Shown piece by piece: positions 26,658-36,723 of a stretch of DNA of 49,828 bases. The notes under the pieces are model-generated. The model saw nothing but the letters and a program-made list of their open reading frames with translations, searched no databases and was not told where the DNA came from. The stretch's first letter is position 1. Each line of letters opens with the position of its first letter. The translations under genes were made by a program, and so were the position numbers. Origin of the DNA: Arcobacter sp. (GTDB taxonomy: Bacteria; Campylobacterota; Campylobacteria; Campylobacterales; Arcobacteraceae); contig DQSS01000035.1 of NCBI GenBank assembly GCA_015663165.1, forward strand, positions 1-49,828, written 5' to 3'.

Positions 26658-28442
26658 TTATATATAAGTTTTAATGTACCACTTAGAAAAAGTCCAAAGT
26701 GCATATAAATGTTGTTTATGTTTATTTTGCTTTGCTTGGGTATAAATATATTTTATATATTCAATATCAAAAAGATTATGTTCTTGATTTGCTTTTAATA
26801 TTGTATTTAAAATATTATCTTTGTAGTATCCCAATATCCATTCATTGTATGGACTATTGAATCCCTTCTTTTTTCTATTGATTATCTCAGAAGGTAGATA
26901 TTTTTTTGCTATTGTTTTTAATAAATATTTATTAGTATTTCCCAATTTCAATGAATTATCAATATTAAATGATAGGTTTACCATATTTGTATCTAAAAAA
27001 GGATTTCGTACCTCTACAGAATTTGACATTGAAATTTTATCTACTTTACTTAGGAGAACTTCTCCTAGCCAAACTTTCATATCAATATAACTCATCCAAT
27101 CAATTGGATTATTTTTTTCTTTTTCATACTTAAATATTGGTGTACTTTTAAATAACTTTGATTTTTGTTCTTCATTAAATATTTCACCAAAACTTTTATA
27201 AATTGGTTTATTTGAAATAATTCTTTTAAAGTAATCAATCTCTTTGGTTGAAGACGGCAAAGATGATACTATATTCTTTTTAATAAACTCTATTTGAGAG
27301 CTATCAAGTGTATTTTTAAATTCATAAAAAGCTAAATTTTTAGAATAAGCTTCATATCCTAAAAATAACTCATCCGCACCCTCTCCTGATAATACTGCTT
27401 TTATTGAATTATCATGTATTGCTTTACTTAAATGATGTAATGGTATTGAAGCAGAATCAGCGTGTGGCTCTTCTAATGAATTGTGCACTTCATCTATACT
27501 TGATAAATAATCTTCTTCCTTTAAAACTATACTCGTATGATTTGTATTTAAATATTTAGCTACAATATTGGAGTATTTTAATTCACAATGTTTTTTATTT
27601 GTTTCATAACCTACTGAAAAAGTACTAATTTGAGTAGCTGAAAGTTTTGAATATATTGAACTTATAAGAGAACTATCTAATCCGCCACTTAACATAGTTC
27701 CTATTTTAACATCACTACTTGCTCTTTTATCTATTGATTTTATTAGTACTTCTTCTACCTTTGATAATGCCAACTTTTCTTCAAAAATAGTTTTTTTTGT
27801 TTCTATTTTATAGTATTTTTTAGTATATAAAGTATTATTCTCATATATCATATATGTTGAAGATTCAAGTTTCTTGATATCTGTATAAAACGTATTTGGA
27901 GATAAAGGAACAAAGTACTGTAAATACTGACTAAGAGCCACTTTATTTAGTTTAGGTGTAAATCCTAAAAGTTTAATAATAGGAGTAATCATACTGGAAA
28001 AAATAAACTTATTGTCTTTATTATAAAAATACAAAGGCTTCTTTCCATATCTATCTCTTGCCAAAAAATATTTGTCTTTTTTTATATCATAAATACAAAA
28101 GCTAAATTCTCCATGAATTTTATCTAACAATCTTTCTTGATATTTTATATACAATCGCAATATCACTTCAGTATCACTTTTAGTTTTACAGATTAAATTT
28201 TCATCTTTTACTAAGTCTTGATAATTATATATTTCACCATTAAATGAGATAAGTATATCTTCAAATTGCATTGGTTGATTTGCACTCTCATTTAAATCAA
28301 CAATTTTTAATCTAGTATGTCCAAAGTAATTATTTTTTATTTTTTTTATTGAACAATTATCTGGACCTCTTTTATCCATAATCTTCGTTGCTTCTTTGAA
28401 GTCATAATCAGATTTATAATTTATCCCTAAAATGCCACACAT
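26658..28442 (-). CDS. Asparagine synthase (glutamine-hydrolysing) family amidotransferase
   Basis: 594 aa with an Ntn glutaminase start (MCGILG) and the PP-loop SGGLDSS. It is the last gene of a kinase-regulator-transporter operon, so it may be a specialised paralogue rather than housekeeping asnB. Confidence 0.8.
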   Translation of the reverse strand: MCGILGINYKSDYDFKEATKIMDKRGPDNCSIKKIKNNYFGHTRLKIVDLNESANQPMQFEDILISFNGEIYNYQDLVKDENLICKTKSDTEVILRLYIKYQERLLDKIHGEFSFCIYDIKKDKYFLARDRYGKKPLYFYNKDNKFIFSSMITPIIKLLGFTPKLNKVALSQYLQYFVPLSPNTFYTDIKKLESSTYMIYENNTLYTKKYYKIETKKTIFEEKLALSKVEEVLIKSIDKRASSDVKIGTMLSGGLDSSLISSIYSKLSATQISTFSVGYETNKKHCELKYSNIVAKYLNTNHTSIVLKEEDYLSSIDEVHNSLEEPHADSASIPLHHLSKAIHDNSIKAVLSGEGADELFLGYEAYSKNLAFYEFKNTLDSSQIEFIKKNIVSSLPSSTKEIDYFKRIISNKPIYKSFGEIFNEEQKSKLFKSTPIFKYEKEKNNPIDWMSYIDMKVWLGEVLLSKVDKISMSNSVEVRNPFLDTNMVNLSFNIDNSLKLGNTNKYLLKTIAKKYLPSEIINRKKKGFNSPYNEWILGYYKDNILNTILKANQEHNLFDIEYIKYIYTQAKQNKHKQHLYALWTFSKWYIKTYI

Positions 28443-28447
28443 TGTTT

Positions 28448-29362
28448 TTAAACTCCAAAAATACTTTTTATAATATGTAAATCAAAATAAAAAATAAGAA
28501 GAAATAAAATTGTAGAAAATAAAATAACATTGGTTACTAAATATGGTTTACAGCCATATAATGCTGCTATATTTACATTGTTCACGGCAAGTGGAGTTGA
28601 TAAGGATAAAACTAATATAGCAGCTGCGTATGAATCTAAAGAAAAAATAAAAGAAAATATTATTCCTAAAATAGGTAATATTATTAACTTAACCGATGAT
28701 GTAAGAACTGTCAATTTATAATTTTGTTCTTTTGTATTTACTTTAGCAAGATATATCCCAAATATTAAAAGTTGAATTACAATTGCAGCATACGCTCCCA
28801 TTTGTAAAGCTTTATCAATCTGTAGATTTATTGGAATATGAAAATAGTTAAAAGCCAATGCAAGTATAGAAAACCAAAGAATTGGAATTTTAATCATTGA
28901 AAAAAATGACTCTTTAAAAGTAAAATTACCTTTTGAGAAAAAGTATATTCCTACAGTATATATAAAAAATATATTTGCAATATTGATTATACTGGTGTAA
29001 GGTATACTTTGTTCTCCAAATACTGCTATACCTAAAGGGATTCCTAAATTTCCAGTATTTCCAATAAGTGCTGTTACTATAAATATTGATTTATTTTTTT
29101 GTTCATCAAAAATAAATTTTGATATAAATATCATAATAATAAGAGTAAAAGTAATAGTAATAATATAAATTATAGGAGTTAATATAAGTGTAGGATCTAT
29201 GGGTATTCTAGTAAGTCCCCAAAATGTTAGAATAGGTTGCATGAAATATATTGATATTAGAATTAAAGTTTTTTCATCAATTTGTGAAGTAAATATTTTT
29301 TTAGCAATATATCCAAGAAAAATAAATGAATATATTGATAGTATAGAAACTAATGCAGACAA
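28448..29362 (-). CDS. AEC (auxin efflux carrier) family transporter
   Basis: 304 aa with about 10 hydrophobic helices. The family call comes from overall pattern and size. It has 1-nt and 5-nt gaps to its neighbours. Confidence 0.7.
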   Translation of the reverse strand: MSALVSILSIYSFIFLGYIAKKIFTSQIDEKTLILISIYFMQPILTFWGLTRIPIDPTLILTPIIYIITITFTLIIMIFISKFIFDEQKNKSIFIVTALIGNTGNLGIPLGIAVFGEQSIPYTSIINIANIFFIYTVGIYFFSKGNFTFKESFFSMIKIPILWFSILALAFNYFHIPINLQIDKALQMGAYAAIVIQLLIFGIYLAKVNTKEQNYKLTVLTSSVKLIILPILGIIFSFIFSLDSYAAAILVLSLSTPLAVNNVNIAALYGCKPYLVTNVILFSTILFLLIFYFDLHIIKSIFGV

Positions 29363-29363
29363 T

Positions 29364-30545
29364 TTATTCTACAAATTTAGGGTGTGGTTTACTCGCATTT
29401 AGTTCATTTTGTACTGCTATTAAATTGTTTCTTAATGTGTTATTTTCTTTTTTAAGTTCATGAACTTGTTCTAGTGTTGTTCTTCTTTTTGCCATTTCTG
29501 TATCAGCGATATTTATTAGTTTATGCTTAAGAGCATTTATTTCTTGCTCATAGGCTGCAAGTTGTTTTTCTTGAGAAGATGTTTTTTTCATTTGAGTTTC
29601 TAATGCACTTTTTATAAATGAAGCATCTGGACCACTTGTAGCAACTGGTGCCGGTTTATTTCTTAACTTTTTAACTTCTTTACTTAACAGTAAAACTTTT
29701 TGTCTTTGTTCTAAAATATTCTGTCTTACTTTATTCATTGTTTCTTGTTTTTCTTGCTCTTCATCATCAGCTAAAAACCCAATAGCAGTATAACCCATAA
29801 GATTACCTGTGTTTGAATCTTTTTTAGGAATAGCTGTAACTCTTAGATGAAAAGATTCTTTTTTACTAGTTATATATTTTATTTTACCAGTCCAAGTTTC
29901 ACCTTTTTTTACAGTTTCTTGCATCTTTACATAATGTGTTGTTGTAGAATCAGGATGAATAGTAATAATTACATTTGAATCAACTAATTCATTTTCTTCA
30001 TAATCAGATACAGCATCAAAATAACTATTTGTAGAAATTATCATATCTTTTTGATCTACTTTAACTATAGTTGCAATACCATCCATAAGTTCCATATATT
30101 CAGATAATTCTGCTTCTTTTTCTTGTATTAGTTTTTGATTTCTTTTGATTTGACAAAATTTTTGTACAGTCATTAACAATTCTTTTGTATCAATTGGTTT
30201 TAGACTGTATCCTGATACATTTACTTTGATTGCATCCATTAAATAATTTGCTTCACCATGAGCAGTTGTCATAACTACTGGAATCTCTTCATTATACTTT
30301 CTAATCTCTTCTACCATTTCTAGACCATTTAAGTTTGGCATATTTATATCACTAATTATCGCGTCAAATTCAATATCCATATCATTTGTATATAACAAAT
30401 AGTTAGCAACACCTTCTTTTCCATCTTCACAAGTAATAACTTCTTTGAATACTTTTTTTAGGATATTTCCAAGAGAAGTTCTTATTGATACATCATCTTC
30501 GACATACATAACTGTTAGTGTTTTTAAAAATTCTTTATTGAACAT
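29364..30545 (-). CDS. Response regulator: receiver + PAS-like domain + C-terminal coiled coil, no recognisable DNA-binding output
   Basis: 393 aa with a canonical receiver (VEDD, IISDINMPNLNG, MTTAHG, LKPI). The middle region carries a PAS-like GETWTGKIKY block, and the heptad-rich tail ends with a basic stretch. Confidence 0.8.
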   Translation of the reverse strand: MFNKEFLKTLTVMYVEDDVSIRTSLGNILKKVFKEVITCEDGKEGVANYLLYTNDMDIEFDAIISDINMPNLNGLEMVEEIRKYNEEIPVVMTTAHGEANYLMDAIKVNVSGYSLKPIDTKELLMTVQKFCQIKRNQKLIQEKEAELSEYMELMDGIATIVKVDQKDMIISTNSYFDAVSDYEENELVDSNVIITIHPDSTTTHYVKMQETVKKGETWTGKIKYITSKKESFHLRVTAIPKKDSNTGNLMGYTAIGFLADDEEQEKQETMNKVRQNILEQRQKVLLLSKEVKKLRNKPAPVATSGPDASFIKSALETQMKKTSSQEKQLAAYEQEINALKHKLINIADTEMAKRRTTLEQVHELKKENNTLRNNLIAVQNELNASKPHPKFVE

Positions 30546-30548
30546 AAT

Positions 30549-32432
30549 TTATGCTATTCCTTCTTCTTTAGTTAATTTTATTGGAAGTGTTATTGTAAAC
30601 TTGGCGCCAAAATATTTTTTTCCATTATGTATAAAGTTAGTATTCTCTACACTTAATGTTCCTTGCATACTTTGAGTTATAATTCTATATGTCATGTATA
30701 GACCAAGTCCAGTACCTTGTGATTGATGTTTTGTTGTAAAGTATGGTTCAAATATTTTTGTAATTATATCTTCTGATATTCCCTCTGCATTATCTTGAAA
30801 TGTTATATGCACTAAACCATTCTTTTTTGTTAACTCTACAAGTAAAATTCTTTCATCAATAGGTCTTATTCCGTCATCTAAAGCATCTTTTGCATTATTT
30901 ATAATATTTAAAACACCTTGGATAAATTCATTTTTATAGTTTGAAATTCTCATATTGTCTTTGTAATTTTTTATTACAGAAATATGATGATTTGAAATAC
31001 TAGAATCTACAACACTAAAAGCACTATCAATAGCAGAAGATACGTCAAACTCAACGTCTTCTTTCTTTCCTTCAATAAAGTTTCTAAAATCTTCGATAGT
31101 TTGAGATAAGAATAATGTTTTATTTACAATTCGTCCTAGTGCTGAAGATAAGTCATTGTTGTCTAGTATGCCTAATTCATTTTGTATACTTAGACTACTT
31201 GCTGTTGTACTAATAGCACTTAGTGGTTGTCTCCATTGATGAGCAATATTTCCAATCATCTCGCCTAAAGAGGCCAATCTAGATTGGTCTGCTATTAAAG
31301 TATCTTTTTTTCTAGCATCTTCTATTTGCTTTGCTATTTGTACATTTTGCTCTTCAAGTTCTCTTACTGTATCAGTAAGCTCTTCTTTTTGCTGATTTAT
31401 TTGATGAAGACTAAGAGATAATTTATGTTGAAAAATATTGTTATTATAAATATAAATTATTATTGCAAGCAATAAAATAACAATCATGCTTATTAATATA
31501 TAAAAGTCTTTATATAGATTACTAATAAATGTAGAGTTACTGTACTTTATAAAATAAGCTACATTTTTATTATTTTTGATATTGGATATTGGATAGAATG
31601 TAATGATTTTATACAGTTTTTTATTTTTAAAATATACCGAAAATGTTTTATTTCTTTCTAGTCCTAATGTTATTTCACTTAAAACTTCTTTTGGTATTTT
31701 TGATGCATTAGCATATTGTTTGATTGGTGAATAAAACTTATCACTTATTTTTGTAACTTTGTATTTGTTTTCAATAGAATTAGAAAAACTTTTTTTATCA
31801 ACTATTTCTTTATCTATTATAAAATTTATTTTAGAATGAAAAGAATGTTCTAGTTCTTCTTGAAAAGAATCTGTAGAAATAGACGCTTCAACACTTCCTA
31901 TATGACTACCATCTTGTGCAAATATTGGAAAAACATATCTAAATCCAGAAGCCACTCTTCCCATTTCAAAACCTTTTACAGGTATTTTTAATTGATTTGT
32001 TAAGTTTATACTTTCTCTAAAGTTTGTCAAATCATCTCCAAACTTATTTGGTTTATGCATTCTTAAAAAACTTATATTATCTTTTGAATGAAAATGTAAT
32101 TGTTTTATTCCAAGGAATTTCCACTGTAAGTATTTATCATTTACCTGTTTGTATAATTTATTTCTCAATATTTTCATATATATTTCAGAATGTTTATCTT
32201 TACTTTTTTCTAGAATTGATATGATTTTTTTATCGCTTATAATATCATTGTAAATTATTTGTGCTAGTTGGTATTTTTCATCATTTATTACATTGAATTG
32301 AGTATTCATTCTTTTGTGTTGTTTTTTTAAATATGTGTCTATTCTATGTTCTTTATCTTCATTTATAAACACTACACTTACAATAAAAATAGCAATAAAA
32401 ATCATAATGGTACTAATATTTTGTTTGCTCAA
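30549..32432 (-). CDS. Sensor histidine kinase with large extracytoplasmic (Cache-like) sensor domain
   Basis: 627 aa. TM1 is IMIFIAIFIVSVVF and TM2 is ILISMIVILLLAIIIYIY. The sensor region has a QLHFH..NISFLRMHKPNKFGDDL block reminiscent of Cache domains. H-box is NIAHQWRQPLS, with ATPase motifs DNAEGI and GTGLGLYM. Confidence 0.85.
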   Translation of the reverse strand: MSKQNISTIMIFIAIFIVSVVFINEDKEHRIDTYLKKQHKRMNTQFNVINDEKYQLAQIIYNDIISDKKIISILEKSKDKHSEIYMKILRNKLYKQVNDKYLQWKFLGIKQLHFHSKDNISFLRMHKPNKFGDDLTNFRESINLTNQLKIPVKGFEMGRVASGFRYVFPIFAQDGSHIGSVEASISTDSFQEELEHSFHSKINFIIDKEIVDKKSFSNSIENKYKVTKISDKFYSPIKQYANASKIPKEVLSEITLGLERNKTFSVYFKNKKLYKIITFYPISNIKNNKNVAYFIKYSNSTFISNLYKDFYILISMIVILLLAIIIYIYNNNIFQHKLSLSLHQINQQKEELTDTVRELEEQNVQIAKQIEDARKKDTLIADQSRLASLGEMIGNIAHQWRQPLSAISTTASSLSIQNELGILDNNDLSSALGRIVNKTLFLSQTIEDFRNFIEGKKEDVEFDVSSAIDSAFSVVDSSISNHHISVIKNYKDNMRISNYKNEFIQGVLNIINNAKDALDDGIRPIDERILLVELTKKNGLVHITFQDNAEGISEDIITKIFEPYFTTKHQSQGTGLGLYMTYRIITQSMQGTLSVENTNFIHNGKKYFGAKFTITLPIKLTKEEGIA

Positions 32433-32507
32433 AATAAACCTTTTTAGTTATGTATTATTATTATAGCAAATTAACTCTTAAACATATTTATTGTACACTA
32501 ATATATA

Positions 32508-35500
32508 ATGAAGAACAAAATACTAAACATACTCAAAACACGGCCATTGATAATAGATGGCGCAATGGGCACTCAACTACAATCAATAGAAATAAGACCT
32601 GAACTTTGGCTAGATGAAAATGGAGCTAATCAAGAAGGTTGTAATGAACTTTTAAATACAACATCTCCAGAAATTTTAGAACAAATTCATGAAGCTTATG
32701 CACTTTCAGGTGCAGATATGATTAAAACTAATACTTTTGGCTCTATGGACTGGGTTTTAGATGAATATGGTATGGGTCATAGATCCTATGAACTTTCAAA
32801 AGCTGGTGCAGTACATGTAAAAAAAATATGTGATAAATACAGCACAGAAGAAAAGCCAAGATTTGTTCTAGGTTCAATAGGTCCAGGAACTAAACTACCT
32901 TCTTTAAAGCATATTGACTACGATACTATGTATAATGGTTACCAAACTATGGCTAGAGGTTTGATTGATGGGGGAGTTGATGTATTTCTACTTGAAACTT
33001 GTCAAGATCCATTACAAATAAAAGCTGCAATTCATGCTGTTCAAGATTTAGATTCTAGTATTCCTGTGATGGTTAGTGTTACTATTGAATTATCTGGAAC
33101 TATGCTAATTGGTACAGATACATCTACTATTGTAACTATTTTAGAACCTTTTGATTTACTTTCTTTAGGATTTAATTGTGGAACAGGACCGCAGCAAGTA
33201 AAAAAACATATTGAAATATTAAGTGAAAGTTCAAATAAACTTCTTTCAATTCACTCAAATGCAGGATTACCTGAAAATAGAGGTGGATATACTTTTTACC
33301 CTATGGATGATGTTGAATTTACAAATATTCAAAAAACATTTTTAGATTTTGATGGTGTGTCTTTTTTAGGTGGCTGTTGTGGTACTACTCCTAAACATAT
33401 TGAAGCATTAGTAAATGCAACAAAAAATATTAAACCAAAAGCACCTACAGGAAAAACACCTACTTCTTTAGCTTCGTTATTTAATTCTGTTACTTTAAAG
33501 CAAGAACCAGCACCTTTACTAATTGGAGAGCGTTCAAATGCTACAGGTTCTAAAGCTTTTAGAGAGTTATTAAAAGCAAATGATTATGAAGCAACTCTAA
33601 GTGTAGGGCAACAACAAGTTCGTGCTGGAGCGCATATTATTGATGTTAGTGTTGGTTTTGCAGGTAGAGATGAAACAAAAGATATGAATGAAGTAATATC
33701 TCTTTATGCACAAAAAATATCTTTGCCACTTATGCCTGATTCTACTCAAATACCAGCACTTATAGAAGCTTTAAAACTTATAGGTGGAAAGCCTATAATA
33801 AACTCTGTAAACCTTGAAGATGGTGAAGAGAGATTTGATGAGATATGTCAAATGGCTAAACGATACGGTACATCTTTAGTTTGTCTTGTAATAGATGAAG
33901 TTTCTATGGCTAAAACTAAAAAAAGTAAAGTTGAAATTGCAGAGCGTATTTACCAAAGAGCTGTAAATGTACATGGACTTAATCCTTGCGATTTGGTATT
34001 TGACATGTTAGTATTTACCATTGGTTCGGGTGATGAAGAGTATCATACAGCAGGAATTGAAACTATTGAAGCTATTAGAGAATTTACATCTATGCATCCA
34101 GAAGTTTCGACTACTCTTGGACTTTCTAATATATCTTTTGGACTTGATATTAAAGCACGAGTATATTTAAACTCAATCTTTTTACATCATTGTATTGAGG
34201 CTGGACTAAGTTCTGCTATTGTGAATGTTAAGCATTTAGTTCCAAGAACTAAAATGAAAGATTCTGATGTAAAAGCTTGCGAAGATTTATTATTCAATAA
34301 AAGAGAAAATGGTGATCCTTTATTTGCTTTTATTGACCACTTTAGCGATATTGAAGCTGTTGCAGAACAAAGTGATGAAGAATATAATACCTTAAGTTCA
34401 AAGCAAAAAGTTGAAAAACTTTTAATGGATGGAGACAAAGATAGACTTCTTCCTTTGACTTTAGAAATACAAGGAAAAGAAGTAGCACCAGAAGTTATCG
34501 TAAATGAATGGCTAATTGATGGTATGAAAATAATTGGAGAACTTTTTGGAAGTGGACAAATGCAACTTCCTTTTGTACTACAAAGTGCAGAAACTATGAA
34601 AGCCTGTGTTGATAGTTTAAATCCACATTTACCAAAAATAACAAAAGAAGTTGAAACTACACTAATAATTGGAACTGTTAAAGGTGATGTACATGATGTA
34701 GGTAAAAATCTAGTAGATATTATACTTTCAAACAATGGATTTAAAGTAGTAAACATAGGTATAAAAGTAAGTATTGATGACTTTATAAACTCTGCAAAAG
34801 AGTATAATGCTATGGCTATTGGAATGAGTGGATTACTAGTAAAATCTACAAATGAGATGAAGTCTAATATGATGAAACTAAAAGAAGCAGGTATAAGTTT
34901 ACCAGTGATGTTAGGTGGAGCCGCACTAACAAAACCTTTTGTTGATGATTTTTGTAGACCAATATATGATGGACCTATTTTTTACTGTAGAGATGCATTT
35001 GATGGTGTTATTGCTATGCAAAGACTTGAAAAAGCAAAGGGTGATTACTCTGCTTTAGACCAAATGATGCCTGCAGATTTAATTGTGATTGATGAAAGTA
35101 AAAAAGAAGAAAAAGTAGTCTTTGATGCAAATATTCATACGCCTACTCTTTTAGGTAACCATGTAGAATATAAGTCACCATTTATGGGAAGAAAAGTTTT
35201 AACAGCACCTTCAAAATATACTCAGGAACAAAAGAACGCAGTAAATTCAAAAATACAATGTAACTCAAACTTTAATAAAGAGTTAGCATTTTCTTGGATA
35301 AATCATAGAATATTATTTAGGCAAAGATGGGGATATAAGAGAGCAAAGATGGAAGTAGCAGAGTTTAGAAAGCAAGAAGAAACTTTAGTCCAACCAATTT
35401 ATGATAGATTAAAAGAACAATTTATAGATGAAAATATATTTGATCCTATTGCACTTTATGGATACTACTACTGTAAAAGTGCAGATACAAAGCTACATAT

Positions 35501-36011
35501 TTATGATACTGATAAAAAAACTATTCTTACTACATTTGACTTTCCAAGACAAGGAAAATCACCACACAGATGTTTGTCTGATTATTTTAAAAGCGATGAG
35601 TTTGATGTTGTTGCCTTTACGCTTTCTAGTGCTGGACATGAAATCACTTCTTTTGAAAAAGCCCTTTATGATGAAGGTAAATTTACTGAATATTACTTAG
35701 TTCATGGACTTGGTGTTGAGCTAGCTGAAGCTATGGCGGAAGTACTTCATAAGCAAGTAAGACTTGACCTTGGAATTGCTTCAAAAGAAAAACCAACATT
35801 AAACGATGTTCAAATGAAACAATATCAAGGATGTAGATATTCTCCTGGATATGCGGCTTGTCCGGATTTAGCACAAAATAGACAGATATTTGACTTATTA
35901 AAACCAGAAGATTTTGCTATAGAGCTAAGTGAAACATTCCAAATACATCCAGAGCAAACTACAGTGGCTATTATAGTTCCAAATAAAAAGGCAAACTATT
36001 TTAATGTATAA
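32508..36011 (+). CDS. metH: Cobalamin-dependent methionine synthase
   Basis: 1167 aa with the Hcy-binding module (IIDGAMGT, GGCCGTTP), the pterin module, the B12-binding DxHxxG motif (GDVHDVGKN) and the C-terminal activation domain. Confidence 0.95.
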   Translation: MKNKILNILKTRPLIIDGAMGTQLQSIEIRPELWLDENGANQEGCNELLNTTSPEILEQIHEAYALSGADMIKTNTFGSMDWVLDEYGMGHRSYELSKAGAVHVKKICDKYSTEEKPRFVLGSIGPGTKLPSLKHIDYDTMYNGYQTMARGLIDGGVDVFLLETCQDPLQIKAAIHAVQDLDSSIPVMVSVTIELSGTMLIGTDTSTIVTILEPFDLLSLGFNCGTGPQQVKKHIEILSESSNKLLSIHSNAGLPENRGGYTFYPMDDVEFTNIQKTFLDFDGVSFLGGCCGTTPKHIEALVNATKNIKPKAPTGKTPTSLASLFNSVTLKQEPAPLLIGERSNATGSKAFRELLKANDYEATLSVGQQQVRAGAHIIDVSVGFAGRDETKDMNEVISLYAQKISLPLMPDSTQIPALIEALKLIGGKPIINSVNLEDGEERFDEICQMAKRYGTSLVCLVIDEVSMAKTKKSKVEIAERIYQRAVNVHGLNPCDLVFDMLVFTIGSGDEEYHTAGIETIEAIREFTSMHPEVSTTLGLSNISFGLDIKARVYLNSIFLHHCIEAGLSSAIVNVKHLVPRTKMKDSDVKACEDLLFNKRENGDPLFAFIDHFSDIEAVAEQSDEEYNTLSSKQKVEKLLMDGDKDRLLPLTLEIQGKEVAPEVIVNEWLIDGMKIIGELFGSGQMQLPFVLQSAETMKACVDSLNPHLPKITKEVETTLIIGTVKGDVHDVGKNLVDIILSNNGFKVVNIGIKVSIDDFINSAKEYNAMAIGMSGLLVKSTNEMKSNMMKLKEAGISLPVMLGGAALTKPFVDDFCRPIYDGPIFYCRDAFDGVIAMQRLEKAKGDYSALDQMMPADLIVIDESKKEEKVVFDANIHTPTLLGNHVEYKSPFMGRKVLTAPSKYTQEQKNAVNSKIQCNSNFNKELAFSWINHRILFRQRWGYKRAKMEVAEFRKQEETLVQPIYDRLKEQFIDENIFDPIALYGYYYCKSADTKLHIYDTDKKTILTTFDFPRQGKSPHRCLSDYFKSDEFDVVAFTLSSAGHEITSFEKALYDEGKFTEYYLVHGLGVELAEAMAEVLHKQVRLDLGIASKEKPTLNDVQMKQYQGCRYSPGYAACPDLAQNRQIFDLLKPEDFAIELSETFQIHPEQTTVAIIVPNKKANYFNV

Positions 36012-36708
36012 AATAGTTTTAAGTTTACTATTTACTCTTTGTGTATTTGCAAATACATATGAAGATGCAATGAAACAGTATAATAAAGGCGAGTATAAAA
36101 AAGCACTAGATATGTTAAAAGTATTAGCAAATAATGGTGATGCAGTAGCTCAAAATGACTTAGGCGTAATGTACGAAGTAGGTCAAGGTACAAATGTAAA
36201 CTATAAAGTATCTAAGATATATTATGAAAAAAGTGCTGCACAAGGTAATTCAGATGCCCAATATAACTTAGGACTAATAAAAAAAGGACAGAAAAAATAT
36301 AGAGAAGCCGTAGCACTATTTAAATTAAGCGCAAAACAAAAAAATCAATGGGGGGAACATTATCTAGGAATAATGTACCAACATGGAAAAGGTCTAAAAA
36401 GAAGTTATGCACAAGCTATAAAATACTATAAAAGAAGTATTTCTCAAGGAAACTACTTATCTCAATCAAACCTAGCTTTAATGTATGAAAAAGGAAAAGG
36501 TGTAAATAAAAACTTTTTAAAAGCTATAGAGCTTTATACTTTAAGTGCAAAACAAGATTATTTTGTAGCACAATATAATCTAGGTATGATTTATTATCTA
36601 GGAAAAGGTGTTCCTCAAGATAAAAAAAAGGCGCAAAGATTATTTCAACAGTCTTGTAACAATGGTCATAGAAAAGGCTGTTCAAACTTGAATCTTTTTA
36701 AAAAATAA
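36004..36708 (+). CDS. Secreted Sel1-like repeat (SLR/TPR-family) protein
   Basis: 234 aa with signal peptide MYKIVLSLLFTLCVFA. It carries about five repeats of the A..NLG.MY..G.GV..N..KA..YY..SA pattern. The start overlaps the metH stop by 8 nt. Confidence 0.8.
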   Translation: MYKIVLSLLFTLCVFANTYEDAMKQYNKGEYKKALDMLKVLANNGDAVAQNDLGVMYEVGQGTNVNYKVSKIYYEKSAAQGNSDAQYNLGLIKKGQKKYREAVALFKLSAKQKNQWGEHYLGIMYQHGKGLKRSYAQAIKYYKRSISQGNYLSQSNLALMYEKGKGVNKNFLKAIELYTLSAKQDYFVAQYNLGMIYYLGKGVPQDKKKAQRLFQQSCNNGHRKGCSNLNLFKK

Positions 36709-36723
36709 CAAGATTTAAATTCA

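Noticed and set aside
26658-32432. The idea that the asnB-like/AEC/two-component block is a low-GC horizontally acquired island
   Set aside because: Hand counts of two 100-nt samples gave about 30-32% GC, no different from neighbouring core genes. There are no flanking repeats, tRNA or integrase.
32433-32507. Possible cobalamin or SAM riboswitch upstream of metH
   Set aside because: Only 75 nt separate the divergent kinase gene and metH. That is too short for either riboswitch, and no B12-box or SAM-I-like conserved core is visible.
34187-34756. 189-aa minus-strand ORF inside metH
   Set aside because: It is entirely antisense to a confidently identified, motif-rich gene. The translation is low-complexity (Ser/Phe/Ile/Thr-rich) with no recognisable motif or RBS. 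This is the typical shadow ORF of the complementary frame.
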